From the IMG/VR virus record IMGVR_UViG_3300042197_001533: a DNA stretch of 64,000 nt, one strand, 5' to 3'. Positions within the stretch are counted from its first letter, which is position 1. Each line of letters begins with the position of its first letter. This stretch comes from an uncultured virus (IMG/VR IMGVR_UViG_3300042197_001533). Lineage: Duplodnaviria > Heunggongvirae > Uroviricota > Caudoviricetes. Shown piece after piece: positions 9,885 to 19,632 of the stretch. Made by a program: the position numbers and the translations under genes. The notes under the pieces are model-generated. The model was not told the origin of the DNA. It ran no database searches and saw only the letters and a list, made by a program, of their open reading frames with translations.

Positions 9885-10160
9885 ATGAAAACTTACATAG
9901 TAAACAAGTATCATAAAGTTCAATACGACGTCTATATCGGCCGTGGATCAGATTTCGGAAACCCTTACGTAATCGGTGTGGATGGTGATAGAGACGAGGT
10001 AATCAAAAAATATAGGGAATATTTCTATAAAAGAATTGATGAAGATCCATCATTCAAACTTAGAGTGGAAGAGTTGAGAGGAAAGACCTTAGCGTGTTTT
10101 TGTAAACCCAAATCTTGTCACGGCGACGTCATTATTGACTATCTATCCGATGGGTGTTAA
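9885..10160 (+). CDS. DUF4326-like protein
   Basis: YDVYIGRGS.FGNPY, L.GKTLACFCKP..CHGDV motifs. Confidence 0.85.
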   Translation: MKTYIVNKYHKVQYDVYIGRGSDFGNPYVIGVDGDRDEVIKKYREYFYKRIDEDPSFKLRVEELRGKTLACFCKPKSCHGDVIIDYLSDGC

Positions 10161-10177
10161 TGGATACATTCTATCAT

Positions 10178-10750
10178 TCACGGAATTCTATCAAAGTCTA
10201 GTTTGTGTTTTTCACAAAGTTTTTTGGCCATTCTATAGGCTGAGAATGCCTCAGATTCGTTTGGACTGTTTGCAAGAGATTTCAATTTTTTAATCTTATC
10301 AAACATCTCTACATCCGCGTCTCCATAAATATAATTTCCTACATTTGGTTGAGAAGGACATTCAAATTTATCTAACTTATTCTCGACGGGCCCATCACTT
10401 ATCTGTTTATTGTAGTGCTCTAACAATTCTTTTGAATCTTTTCCGAGGTCTTTCTCCTCACGTAAAACGGTTATATCTCCACCAAATTCATCTCTTAATG
10501 TGAAAAACAGAAAATTAAGAACAGGAGTTTGTTCGGATGGAATGAAACTGGGGCCAAAATCTATTTCACTTGGTTTTAATCCTTTAGAAATCCCCTCCGT
10601 TAAAAGAAGTTGTCTCTTTTGCGTTCCCTCTTTTATTTCACCTGAGTAATTGGTGTTATACTCCTGAGCACGGGACCTCAAATTCAGAGCATCCTTTAAG
10701 ACTTGTTTCGACTTCTCACGAACGGTATCCGATAGTATAAATGTAGACAT
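10178..10750 (-). CDS. Hypothetical protein with C-terminal DUF2786-like helical hairpin
   Basis: KIKKLKSLANSPNESEAFSAYRMAKKLCEKHKL. Confidence 0.65.
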   Translation of the reverse strand: MSTFILSDTVREKSKQVLKDALNLRSRAQEYNTNYSGEIKEGTQKRQLLLTEGISKGLKPSEIDFGPSFIPSEQTPVLNFLFFTLRDEFGGDITVLREEKDLGKDSKELLEHYNKQISDGPVENKLDKFECPSQPNVGNYIYGDADVEMFDKIKKLKSLANSPNESEAFSAYRMAKKLCEKHKLDFDRIP

Positions 10751-10786
10751 AACCTATCAATAGATATGTCAATTACGTTTATAAAA

Positions 10787-11095
10787 TTATTTTTCTTTCA
10801 ACATTCTCACAATCTGATTCACCACAGACTCCTTAGCATCCGTGGTCAAGGTTATGAGATTGTATTGTTTATCCGGATGTTCCGGCGAAGTCATCCGTTC
10901 CACTGTCACTTTTAATGGGATATGCGTTCCATTTATTACGGTCAGCCATCCAGAAAAATCTGGGTGTGAAAAGAATCTCGCTGACACGTCTTCTCCATGA
11001 ACTGGCGTCAAGTTCTTAACCTCGGAATGTCGGTCTATTGTATTTGACTCTAAAATACATTCTTTTATAAGAGCTTTAAGTTCATCACGATTCAT
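10787..11095 (-). CDS. Hypothetical protein with MNRDELKALIKECILE leader (start revised from 11143)
   Basis: ATG 11095 follows the late-type motif at 11100-11106; the longer version overlaps the capsid terminator. Confidence 0.7.
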   Translation of the reverse strand: MNRDELKALIKECILESNTIDRHSEVKNLTPVHGEDVSARFFSHPDFSGWLTVINGTHIPLKVTVERMTSPEHPDKQYNLITLTTDAKESVVNQIVRMLKEK

Positions 11096-11118
11096 ATCAA
11101 TAAATATACATGGAAATG

Positions 11119-11150
11119 AAAAACCCGGTGGAATTTCTTCCACCGGGTTT
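11119..11150 (-). terminator. Rho-independent terminator after the major capsid gene
   Basis: 13-bp perfect inverted repeat AAACCCGGTGGAA/TTCCACCGGGTTT with a 4-nt loop, ending in a T-run on the minus strand. Confidence 0.85.
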
Positions 11151-11170
11151 CTCTAACTAATCCTTACAGA

Positions 11171-12823
11171 TTAGACGTAGTTAAGATCCGCGATAAGGAT
11201 CTTGCCGTAGAACTCAGGACGGACGACCTTCTTGGCATAACGGGTCATTACTCCACGACGAGGCGTGAAGTTAATCGGGTCATACACCAAAGGTGTCTGA
11301 ACGAGCGGAACATATGGGCTGTAAACAGCACCAGACTCAAGGAAGTTGGAACCACGGAATCCGATAAGGATCTGGTTCTCAACCATGTATGGGTTCTTGT
11401 AAACCTGGAAGCGACTTGCGAAGCTACCAACCTTACTTACACCCATCGCGAACTTGGCACTGTCACCATCGGTTCCGACGACGAATCCAGGGATCGACTC
11501 AAGGATAGTGGCAACATCAGGACTTACGACCATGAAGTTAGCACCACCACGGAGGGTCAACTGGTGAATCTTGTTGCTGGCACGTTGAATCTTGTTACCA
11601 AGAGTCTGGAACCAGGTCGACTTGACATACGCTGTGCGGTTAGCAGCAGAGTCTTCAATACGAGTGAACACGGCGTTACCGCTTCCATCGAGGGTCTTGG
11701 TGAACTCGGTTCCGATCTTGGCACTCCAAGCTTCGGTCGTCTCACCAGGAGCTGCTGTGAGTAGCATGTCCAAGATTTCGAGGTCGATTTCCATCGAGAC
11801 ATACTCGCTCAACAGAGCGGTCAATTCTGCCTCAGCATCAATGCTGTGGTAGGCGTTCAAGTCTTGAGCAAGTTCTGGGGTCCAGACTGCCTTCAACTTA
11901 CGTGTCTTAGCGACGATTGGCTCACTCTTGAGTTCGAGGTTGACCTCAGGAATACCAATCGTGGAAAGACTGTTTCCACCAGTGGTGTCTTCAAAGTCAC
12001 CACGAGTTGCATCGGTCGGCTGCTTGCTACCAGAAACAAACGTTCCGTTGGCCACATCAGTCACAGCCGAAGCAGTGACAACAGCGGTCAAGTAGTAGTT
12101 AGGGGCAGCAGCGGTTCCTGCGTTATAGACCTTGGTGAACCTTGAGAGAACAGCAGAGTCAACAGAGGCTGACTGGAATGTGAAGCTGCGAACAGCGTTC
12201 AAGTCCCAATTTCCTGCATTGGTGGAGATGTTCCAAGTGATCGTCTTATACTTCGCGGCAGCAACGCTGGCGGAGTAGTCGGCGTCATAGTTCACATCGG
12301 CCCAGACTGATGCACCTGCAGCAGAACCGGTCGTTACCGTGATCGATGAAGCGGATGGGTTAACCGTATAGGCAAACTCACCAGCACCATAAAGACCGTT
12401 GACGGCAGAATCCGTCGAACCGAGCTTCTTCAAAGTTCCACCGAAGAGAGACTCTCCAGAGGTCTTACCACCACGGGTGTTACCATACTTGAAATCCAAG
12501 TAGAAGATAAGTCCGCTAGGAAGATTCATCGGCTGAACGCTGACGAATTCCTTGGCTGCGATTTCAGCAAACACACGACGGACGAGTGGGAGAGCAACGC
12601 CTGCCCACTGTTCGCTGTTGGTGCTTGTTCCGGTGGAGGTTGCCTCGGAAATAAGCTGTTGAGCCTGATTTTCGAGAAGCACAGACATATTTGCTTTGTC
12701 GGTGCCCTGCAATCCTTCAAGCAAGCCGGTCTTTTCCCACTTGCCCTGGAGTTGACGAGTCTCTTCAAGAAGACGAGACATCGGATTTGAGTTGTTTGTC
12801 AATAATGACTTTACATTGTCCAT
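11171..12823 (-). CDS. gp23: Major capsid protein (T4 gp23 family)
   Basis: LPLVRRVF, VSVQPM..PSGLIFYL, AKTRKLKAVWTPELAQDL.AYH..DAEAEL, GAVYSPYVPL, FTPRRGVMTRY. Confidence 0.97.
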   Translation of the reverse strand: MDNVKSLLTNNSNPMSRLLEETRQLQGKWEKTGLLEGLQGTDKANMSVLLENQAQQLISEATSTGTSTNSEQWAGVALPLVRRVFAEIAAKEFVSVQPMNLPSGLIFYLDFKYGNTRGGKTSGESLFGGTLKKLGSTDSAVNGLYGAGEFAYTVNPSASSITVTTGSAAGASVWADVNYDADYSASVAAAKYKTITWNISTNAGNWDLNAVRSFTFQSASVDSAVLSRFTKVYNAGTAAAPNYYLTAVVTASAVTDVANGTFVSGSKQPTDATRGDFEDTTGGNSLSTIGIPEVNLELKSEPIVAKTRKLKAVWTPELAQDLNAYHSIDAEAELTALLSEYVSMEIDLEILDMLLTAAPGETTEAWSAKIGTEFTKTLDGSGNAVFTRIEDSAANRTAYVKSTWFQTLGNKIQRASNKIHQLTLRGGANFMVVSPDVATILESIPGFVVGTDGDSAKFAMGVSKVGSFASRFQVYKNPYMVENQILIGFRGSNFLESGAVYSPYVPLVQTPLVYDPINFTPRRGVMTRYAKKVVRPEFYGKILIADLNYV

Positions 12824-12856
12824 ATATTTGTTTGTTTGAATTTACGAGTTTTTAGT

Positions 12857-13942
12857 TTACTTCTTGATACCAGCGAGTTTTTGGAACCTTGAAGCCATTT
12901 CGTTGACCGGCGCCGTGACGATTTTCTCGACAGGTTTGGTCGTTCCAACAGATTGTGACGCGAAGCCTTCAGTAATCGCCTTTTTGGCCGGAGCCTTGAC
13001 TTTACTGAAATTTAATGCCTCTGATAGATTATTGAAAGCGAGCTTGACTTCACGAACGGACTTAGCCAAGTCGAACGATTCAATAATTTTCATTTTCTGA
13101 CCTTGATTCAATGCGTGTGCTTTAAATATCTTGTTTGTGTAAAGCAATTTAGCATTCAATAAATTAACTTCATTCAACTGGTCACGTAAAAACTCGATGG
13201 TCTTTAGTGCCTCAGCCAAATGTTCCTTGCTCTCATCGACGTCGCATTTCTCTTCACCATTGTCGTCGTCCTTAGACTCTACGACAGTAGGAGCCTCTTC
13301 CTTAACGTCATTCAACTCAGCAAGGAGTTCTTCCAAATTGATCTCATCATCTTCACCTGCAACGTCGGCGCCGAGGTCAACGGAGTCACCTTCGGGAGCC
13401 ACAGGAGCGTCGCCGACCGGAGCAACCGGAGGAACACCACCAGCAGGGGCACCGGCAACAGGCAACTGACCAGGAGCTACTACCAAAGCAGGAGCTTCGA
13501 CTGTCTTGACATCACCAAGTCCCTCAATCGGTGTAACTGCCGGAGCAGCAGGAACCGCTGCAGCGTCAGGTGCCGGAACAACAGGTGCGTCGGGAGCTGC
13601 GGGAGCAGCCATATCACCCTCAGGAGCCACAGGAGCGTCAGCTGAAGGAACTTCTTCACCTTCATCTTCTCCGTCAGCTTCCTTGATGTCCGAATCCAAC
13701 TCTTTCAAAATCTGGTCAATCTCATCAGATGTAACTGTCACATCGTCCGAAGGTTGTGCGTCTGCGGATGGAACTACTTCTCCAGCGTCATCCTCACCCA
13801 ACTCTTCTTTAAGTTTAGCACCCAACATAGACTTTAGCTTTGGGGTAAAAGCTTCCTCAAGGAGAGACTTTGCGTTAGCGAGGGCAGTGGCGCGGACGGC
13901 TTTAGCGTCGGCGATTGCCTCTTCAAATAATTGTGATTTCAT
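12857..13942 (-). CDS. Prohead core scaffold protein
   Basis: Directly upstream of the capsid gene; acidic Pro/Ala-rich linker, coiled coil, LNEVNLLNAKLLY, C-terminal RFQKLAGI. Confidence 0.8.
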   Translation of the reverse strand: MKSQLFEEAIADAKAVRATALANAKSLLEEAFTPKLKSMLGAKLKEELGEDDAGEVVPSADAQPSDDVTVTSDEIDQILKELDSDIKEADGEDEGEEVPSADAPVAPEGDMAAPAAPDAPVVPAPDAAAVPAAPAVTPIEGLGDVKTVEAPALVVAPGQLPVAGAPAGGVPPVAPVGDAPVAPEGDSVDLGADVAGEDDEINLEELLAELNDVKEEAPTVVESKDDDNGEEKCDVDESKEHLAEALKTIEFLRDQLNEVNLLNAKLLYTNKIFKAHALNQGQKMKIIESFDLAKSVREVKLAFNNLSEALNFSKVKAPAKKAITEGFASQSVGTTKPVEKIVTAPVNEMASRFQKLAGIKK

Positions 13943-14082
13943 AAAATTTGTTGTTATTGTGAAGTTATTAGAACTTCAAGAAGGTAAACCGTCTACTGGC
14001 AACAACATATAGGATAATGTTGTATTATGAATATAAATATGCCGATTTTTTGAAAACGTCAATTTTTTTCAAAAAAAGTGAA

Positions 14083-14511
14083 TTATCCCTTAATATCGAA
14101 ATACCGTTCTAACACCCTACCCATGTCTTCATACAAAGCTTCCATCTGTTGTTGACGGATCTTTGCTTCCTTTGCAATCTTATTAAAAGTCTCGTTATAC
14201 TTCTTTAGTTCTACCATGTTTCTTTTCACAGTAGTCTCTTCAATGAAATCCCCACACTCATTCAACGCATATGCTTCAGCCAACTCCGCAATCTCTTGGA
14301 GATGTGCAGCAACCTCGGCAATATCCTTCTCTCTGTATATAGATTTTCCGTATTCGTTAAACTGAGCCACCATTGAAGACAATTTCTTCTTCTGTTCGAC
14401 GGACAATCTCTTATCCATGCTGCTCGTTTGAAGTTCCTCGTTCTTCATTGGTGCCGGCTGTGCTGGTGTTCCAGAAGTGATTCCCTCTACGATGTGCTTT
14501 AATTTAATCAT
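14083..14511 (-). CDS. Helical head-region protein with MIKLKHIVE leader
   Basis: ORF with late-type motif at 14519-14525; LYEDMGRVLERYF C-terminus. Confidence 0.75.
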   Translation of the reverse strand: MIKLKHIVEGITSGTPAQPAPMKNEELQTSSMDKRLSVEQKKKLSSMVAQFNEYGKSIYREKDIAEVAAHLQEIAELAEAYALNECGDFIEETTVKRNMVELKKYNETFNKIAKEAKIRQQQMEALYEDMGRVLERYFDIKG

Positions 14512-14526
14512 ACGTTCAATAAATAG

Positions 14527-14829
14527 TTAGAATTTTTCAAAAATGTCGTGTATCTTGTTCAACATCGAACCGCTTTGTTTAAAGCGTAGGGTCGGGAGAG
14601 TTTTACCGCCAGCCTCGTGTTCGAGATACCAACCATCCTTTTTCTTATAGACAGTTAATTTCAGTTTCTTCTCATCACCGTTCACGGTATCCTCATGTTC
14701 AAATACCATTTTGAACAATCCGTTAGACTCGAATCCAAGGTCATCTAATCCATCCCACTCGTGAATTTCCCATTCATCCGGAGGCAACATATCACTCTCC
14801 ATCAAACGTTTCATACCAAACATATTCAT
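14527..14829 (-). CDS. Hypothetical protein
   Basis: ATGA overlap with the upstream gene. Confidence 0.7.
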   Translation of the reverse strand: MNMFGMKRLMESDMLPPDEWEIHEWDGLDDLGFESNGLFKMVFEHEDTVNGDEKKLKLTVYKKKDGWYLEHEAGGKTLPTLRFKQSGSMLNKIHDIFEKF

Positions 14830-15335
14830 ATCTGATATTCCTTTGTGATGGTGTTTATGAAATTGAAAAGCAAAGAAGCATCGTAAGGTTTGGAACCATC
14901 ATCGAAGGGTCTACTAACCTTTATGATAATCTCATCCCTATCGTCTTCCTCGTCACCAGGAACGTCTTTCAAATCCGTGGAAGTAGATACGTCTGTGGGT
15001 TTCCTCACCGAAAAGAACGCAATATATCTGCCTTGCTTCTTGACCACAGCTAGTTCCTTGTTTCGATTGTTGGTCATCTCCGTTGAACTAAACCGAAGTT
15101 CATTTGGAACCTTTTTATAAGGTTTTGAATCGAGGGTATCTAATATGTCGAGCTCTTCCTGAACAAAATTCTCCCCACGGTTTTCAGGCTTCGATACATA
15201 ATCATCGAAATCATCCTTCGCAGTTATATTCTTTACTATAGGACTCTCCATAGCTTCACGCAGAACCGACCTGATAAGTTCCGATGTTAAATACATCGAC
15301 TCTCTCGCAAGGATGACATCAGATTTAGTAGACAT
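14826..15335 (-). CDS. Hypothetical protein (start revised to MSTKSD)
   Basis: ATG overlaps the protease stop codon (TAATG). Confidence 0.7.
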   Translation of the reverse strand: MSTKSDVILARESMYLTSELIRSVLREAMESPIVKNITAKDDFDDYVSKPENRGENFVQEELDILDTLDSKPYKKVPNELRFSSTEMTNNRNKELAVVKKQGRYIAFFSVRKPTDVSTSTDLKDVPGDEEDDRDEIIIKVSRPFDDGSKPYDASLLFNFINTITKEYQI

Positions 15336-15976
15336 TAACGTATTTCGTTTAGAATATCGTGGACAACTTCTTCTACCTTTACCCACTTGTTTGAAATCGG
15401 GTCGAGCACAGCTGGTTGTGACTGTAGAGATTCTTGAAGCTGACCGTTAGGAAACATGAAAGCTCCTATTGTAGATGGATTACTAACAAAATCGAACGCA
15501 ATCAGTTCAAAGTCATCATCAACTTCGACTGTGTTTTCATTAACCTTCTTGACAGACCCAAGCCCACGACTAGAGATTCCCAAGGTTATCCCACAATTAA
15601 ACAGTTCCTTTAAAATGTTTCCGCTCGGCGTCGTCAATATCTCAACCTCACCGTTGAGGTCGGAACCATCCCACCACATTCTGGATATGTTATGAGAGAC
15701 ATTCTTCAAATTTACAACGGAACTCTCTGGGTGATCCAACTCTCCCATAGCCCTCTTTTGCTTTACAAAATTCTCCTCATACTTCTTGGCTTCCCTTTGT
15801 AAAATTTCCAATGGATATACACGTCCGTTCTGATTCTTCGCCTCAGCACGCTGCAAAACTCCACTTACGATAAGCTTTCTAGCTGCATCGCCTACGCCTT
15901 CAGTCAAACATTTTGACTTTATGGTGAACTGCATACACTCAAGAAGTAACGGTTTTTTTTGATTTAGGTCATTCAT
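15335..15976 (-). CDS. gp21: Prohead maturation protease (T4 gp21 family; start revised to MNDLNQKK)
   Basis: NQNGRVYP, GELDHP, NVSH, TPSG, GISSRGLGS, FDFVSNPS motifs. Confidence 0.95.
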   Translation of the reverse strand: MNDLNQKKPLLLECMQFTIKSKCLTEGVGDAARKLIVSGVLQRAEAKNQNGRVYPLEILQREAKKYEENFVKQKRAMGELDHPESSVVNLKNVSHNISRMWWDGSDLNGEVEILTTPSGNILKELFNCGITLGISSRGLGSVKKVNENTVEVDDDFELIAFDFVSNPSTIGAFMFPNGQLQESLQSQPAVLDPISNKWVKVEEVVHDILNEIR

Positions 15977-15977
15977 A

Positions 15978-16634
15978 TTACTTCGAGATGGCTTTATCCA
16001 ATTCGGTTGATGGTTGTGGGGCTGCTGGAGCGGCTGGTGCTGGAGCGGCTGGTTTTTGAACTTGCGGAGTTTGAGCGGCCGGCGGAGCTGCTGCGGGTTT
16101 CGCCGGGGCCTTCTCAGCAGAGTCAACGATCTTGATAGGAACGGTGACATCAACAAAATATTGTTTCTTATCGTCGCCGGTTATTATCAACTGATAATCG
16201 TCCTTACCATACCAGTCCTCGACTGTTACATCCACCACTCTTAAAGCGTATTTCGTCTTAAATTGACCGTATCCCTTACTTCCCTGAACTTCTATGTTCT
16301 TGCCGAGAAGCTTTTGTTTAAGAGCGGATGAAAATTTTTGTGAAATGCCTGCCTCAGCTGCTGACAAGCTTTTTCTGAAAGCGTTAATGTCCTTTGAGGA
16401 ATCATATTGGACGTCTTCCAACAAAACTCCATCCTCAATGGAATCACCATCGTTGTTAGATTCGACGTCTGAACAAACCTTATATCCTAATTTTTCGATA
16501 TAAGCGGTGGCTTTATTCTTACCTCCCTTTCGGAAAGCAAATGGTGTAGCATAGCCTGCAACGTTTCCGGTGGAAGTCATCTCTTCGAGAACTTCTTCAA
16601 CGAGTTTTTTGATTATACTGCTTATATCTTTCAT
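15978..16634 (-). CDS. Head-region hypothetical protein with leader and Pro/Ala tail
   Basis: MKDISSIIKKLVEEVLEE then MTSTGNVAGYATPFAF. Confidence 0.75.
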   Translation of the reverse strand: MKDISSIIKKLVEEVLEEMTSTGNVAGYATPFAFRKGGKNKATAYIEKLGYKVCSDVESNNDGDSIEDGVLLEDVQYDSSKDINAFRKSLSAAEAGISQKFSSALKQKLLGKNIEVQGSKGYGQFKTKYALRVVDVTVEDWYGKDDYQLIITGDDKKQYFVDVTVPIKIVDSAEKAPAKPAAAPPAAQTPQVQKPAAPAPAAPAAPQPSTELDKAISK

Positions 16635-17503
16635 TTGTGGATGACGTTATTTACCTCTTTAAGTAACTCATGTGACATCAAAAGAAGCATTACGTGACTA
16701 TCCTTAACTCCACGTTGAACGTTTAACGAGCTCAACTGATTCACGACTTCCATGATTTTTATTTGGGTGATCTTAGAATCAACCTTCTCACAGATGGTTG
16801 TGAGGTTTGTCTTCAGCTTCTCTCGTTCAGCTATAACAAATGTAGAAATTGAATTTGTGTTGGAAATGTTGTTAATATACTCTCTCAGAATAGATTTTTG
16901 GTCAGAGTTTAGAGAATCATATTTCTTGTTTAGATTGTCCACCAAAAACTTGTAAGCCAACAACCTTATATCTTCACTCTGATTCCTATACTCTTCCAAT
17001 AAAACGTCTTCCTTACTTACAGTTGGGGAATTTTTGACCTTGACTAAATTTTCAATGAGGAAATCTTTGGCTTGAATAACTTCGGCAATATCGAACCTAT
17101 CTGAACTAACATGACTCTCAAAAACCTTAAACGCCGATGCATAGACCTTGTAATTCTTGATAGATGACTTTAGAAAGCTCTCTATTGGATACGTCTCCTT
17201 TATCTCTTTTATGAGGGTATATTTTTCAGAATTGAGTTTTCTGTTATCCAATCGGTCCCTAGCCTTCAACACGACATCCAACGCTCTTGAGGCTTTTTTG
17301 TCATCCAAAAACTGCTCATTTACGATGAAGTTGTAAAGTTGCCATTCTTTTCCGAGTTCCGTAGACTCCTTAAAATACTTGAAGAGAATATCTTTCGCCC
17401 TCGAATCTTTTTTATCCGAGAGTATCTCAGCGGTAAGCTGACGTGTTAGCAATTCAAACAATATTCCTGTATTTTTGAACTTTGAGTGTTTTGATTTTTG
17501 CAT
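16631..17503 (-). CDS. Head-region hypothetical protein
   Basis: 290-aa ORF between portal and protease; KHSKFKNTGILFELL start; late-type motif at 17526-17532. Confidence 0.8.
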   Translation of the reverse strand: MQKSKHSKFKNTGILFELLTRQLTAEILSDKKDSRAKDILFKYFKESTELGKEWQLYNFIVNEQFLDDKKASRALDVVLKARDRLDNRKLNSEKYTLIKEIKETYPIESFLKSSIKNYKVYASAFKVFESHVSSDRFDIAEVIQAKDFLIENLVKVKNSPTVSKEDVLLEEYRNQSEDIRLLAYKFLVDNLNKKYDSLNSDQKSILREYINNISNTNSISTFVIAEREKLKTNLTTICEKVDSKITQIKIMEVVNQLSSLNVQRGVKDSHVMLLLMSHELLKEVNNVIHK

Positions 17504-17570
17504 ATTGTCGAGTTTACCTCAATTTATAAATATGTTTGGATTGAGCAAAATTTAATAAATACTTCACTAT

Positions 17571-19598
17571 TTACCCTTTTATATCACCGGGCTGTTCCAG
17601 TATATTGGATTCATCTAATAGGGATTTGGTCGTCCCAGATGATTTTGACTCTCTCAATAGCGACTTTTTATTGGATTCCACGTCAATTTTAAGAAACTTC
17701 TTTAAACGAGACACATCCACAGACTCTCTTGCCAGCGGGCTTCCCTTCGCAAACTTGTGTCTTATCGGGTCCACCCGGCTCACAGAATTGTTTTCAAGTC
17801 TTCCTGTGGGGTCTTCTCCGAAAGGATAGTCTGTCGCTTTTTTAATCCCTGCTTGCGACGCTCTTGGTTTCGCCTTCTCGGTCAAAGGCGCCTCAGTATC
17901 CTCCGGCGGCTCACCCTCAGCACCCGGTTCCTCACCTTCGGCTCCCGGCTCTCCGCCTTCAGCGCCTGGCTCTCCCTCGGCTCCCGGCTCACCCTCTGGA
18001 GCAAACTCATCTCCACCGAAGCCTCCTCCGCCTCCGCCTCCGCCGCCCATAGAAGGTTCGTCGCCTCCGCCGCCGACGTCTTCCAATTCGCCCTCGGCGT
18101 TTACCTTTTGGAGAGAAACAGCAGGATCATTACCCTCTTCTTCAATCTGCTTGAATCTCCATGACTGCTTAACATCGCCGATTACCTCGTTCTTCGACGT
18201 GAGTATGTCATCATCAGACATATTAAAGATGTTTTTGTATATCCAATCCTTAGAGAAAAGTTTATTCTCCATCATGTCTTTAGCAACACCGACCTTATTT
18301 CCCCAAATATCTATCTTCTCTTTTTCAAAGATAGTTGATGGATTCGTAAGCTCCAACGAAAAATCCACCAAGTTGGCATCGGTGTAACCCTGTGAATACA
18401 AATGAACCACCGCTATCTTTGTGAGCTCGGATGTAAGAATCTTCTGGATTCTGTTGACAGTCCTCGAAAATCTGACGTCTTCTGATGCGAGAGTTGCTTT
18501 GCCGCTCAAATCTTCTTCATACCCCAAGAACGCCTTAGGTATCTTCAGCGCTGCCATCATCTTATTTCTTAGATACTCAATATCTTCGGTTCCGGTAAAC
18601 TCCATTCCGCCGAGGGGTTCTATACTGGTTCCACTATCACTTCCACGGACTGGCAGATAGAAATCCTCCACCATGTTTTGAAGATTGAATCTCAAATTGT
18701 AATCCCCTGTGTTTTCATCCATATAGGGAATCTTCTTCATCTTCGATATGGTTCTTTCCATAAAGTTGTCCACTTCGGATGGAGGAATGTTTCCGACGTC
18801 GATTTTGAAGACACGCTTATCTGGCGCACGCATTATTCTATGAATAAGCATCGCGTCTTCCATAAGACTCAACTGTTTCCAAACACGTCTAGCACCCTCA
18901 ACCATAGATTTACCGTATGGCAAGAAGTTACTGTCGGATATTAATCTGAAATGTGCAATTTGATAGTTCTCAAGCTCTTCCATTACGCCCGCTGGGGTGG
19001 TAATCTGATACCGAACGTAATTTTTGTTCAATGGGTCGGAGTTTTCTACACGGACCACATTGTATGCGGAAATCGGTTCGACCAAATAAACACCATACTC
19101 GGGAGAAATGTTCATCTTCAAATAGAAGTCTCCATACTTGCACATATTCCTAGTCCAAGACCAGAGATTGAATTCTATGTTCAGAATGTCATAAAAAAGA
19201 TTTTCGAGTATTTTCTTTATGTTGTTGTCTGCCGCTTTGATGTTCAGAACAAACCCCATCTCGTTATGAGTTAGACACTCATCGGCATAAATATCCAAAG
19301 CCGACGCGATGATTGGATCCATATCCATCGTATCGTAATCTCTGAAAAGTTCTAACCTTGAAGCCTGATATGCGAGGTTGAAATCTCTTCCATACTGATT
19401 GTAACCAGAAGTCCGGATTCGATTGAATCTATCACGAAGAGAACTCCGGTCCGTAGCATACTGAACCTGGTCAGTATCCTTTATCTTAAGCATCTTTCCG
19501 CCGACGTTTCTTACAATGACATCGGTAGAGAAAAGTCTTTTAAGTCTCGAATAAAGACTGCGAGACTTTAAATCGAGAGGTTTATCTGAATCAATCAT
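17571..19598 (-). CDS. gp20: Portal protein (T4 gp20 family)
   Basis: MEDAMLIHRIMRAPDKRVFKIDVGNIP, EDFYLPVRG, DIEYLRNKMMAALKIPK. Confidence 0.96.
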   Translation of the reverse strand: MIDSDKPLDLKSRSLYSRLKRLFSTDVIVRNVGGKMLKIKDTDQVQYATDRSSLRDRFNRIRTSGYNQYGRDFNLAYQASRLELFRDYDTMDMDPIIASALDIYADECLTHNEMGFVLNIKAADNNIKKILENLFYDILNIEFNLWSWTRNMCKYGDFYLKMNISPEYGVYLVEPISAYNVVRVENSDPLNKNYVRYQITTPAGVMEELENYQIAHFRLISDSNFLPYGKSMVEGARRVWKQLSLMEDAMLIHRIMRAPDKRVFKIDVGNIPPSEVDNFMERTISKMKKIPYMDENTGDYNLRFNLQNMVEDFYLPVRGSDSGTSIEPLGGMEFTGTEDIEYLRNKMMAALKIPKAFLGYEEDLSGKATLASEDVRFSRTVNRIQKILTSELTKIAVVHLYSQGYTDANLVDFSLELTNPSTIFEKEKIDIWGNKVGVAKDMMENKLFSKDWIYKNIFNMSDDDILTSKNEVIGDVKQSWRFKQIEEEGNDPAVSLQKVNAEGELEDVGGGGDEPSMGGGGGGGGGFGGDEFAPEGEPGAEGEPGAEGGEPGAEGEEPGAEGEPPEDTEAPLTEKAKPRASQAGIKKATDYPFGEDPTGRLENNSVSRVDPIRHKFAKGSPLARESVDVSRLKKFLKIDVESNKKSLLRESKSSGTTKSLLDESNILEQPGDIKG

Positions 19599-19632
19599 AG
19601 TTTACTGTGTGTTGATAAATAGTGTGACAGTG

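Noticed and set aside
11248..14012. Alternative-frame and antisense ORFs over the capsid and scaffold genes, and similar ORFs throughout the window
   Set aside because: They are shadows of biased codon usage in real genes, with no motifs or promoters.
15977..16156. N-terminal extension of the prohead protease given in the ORF track
   Set aside because: It overlaps the Pro/Ala tail of the upstream gene in another frame; the ATG at 15976 directly follows that gene's stop.
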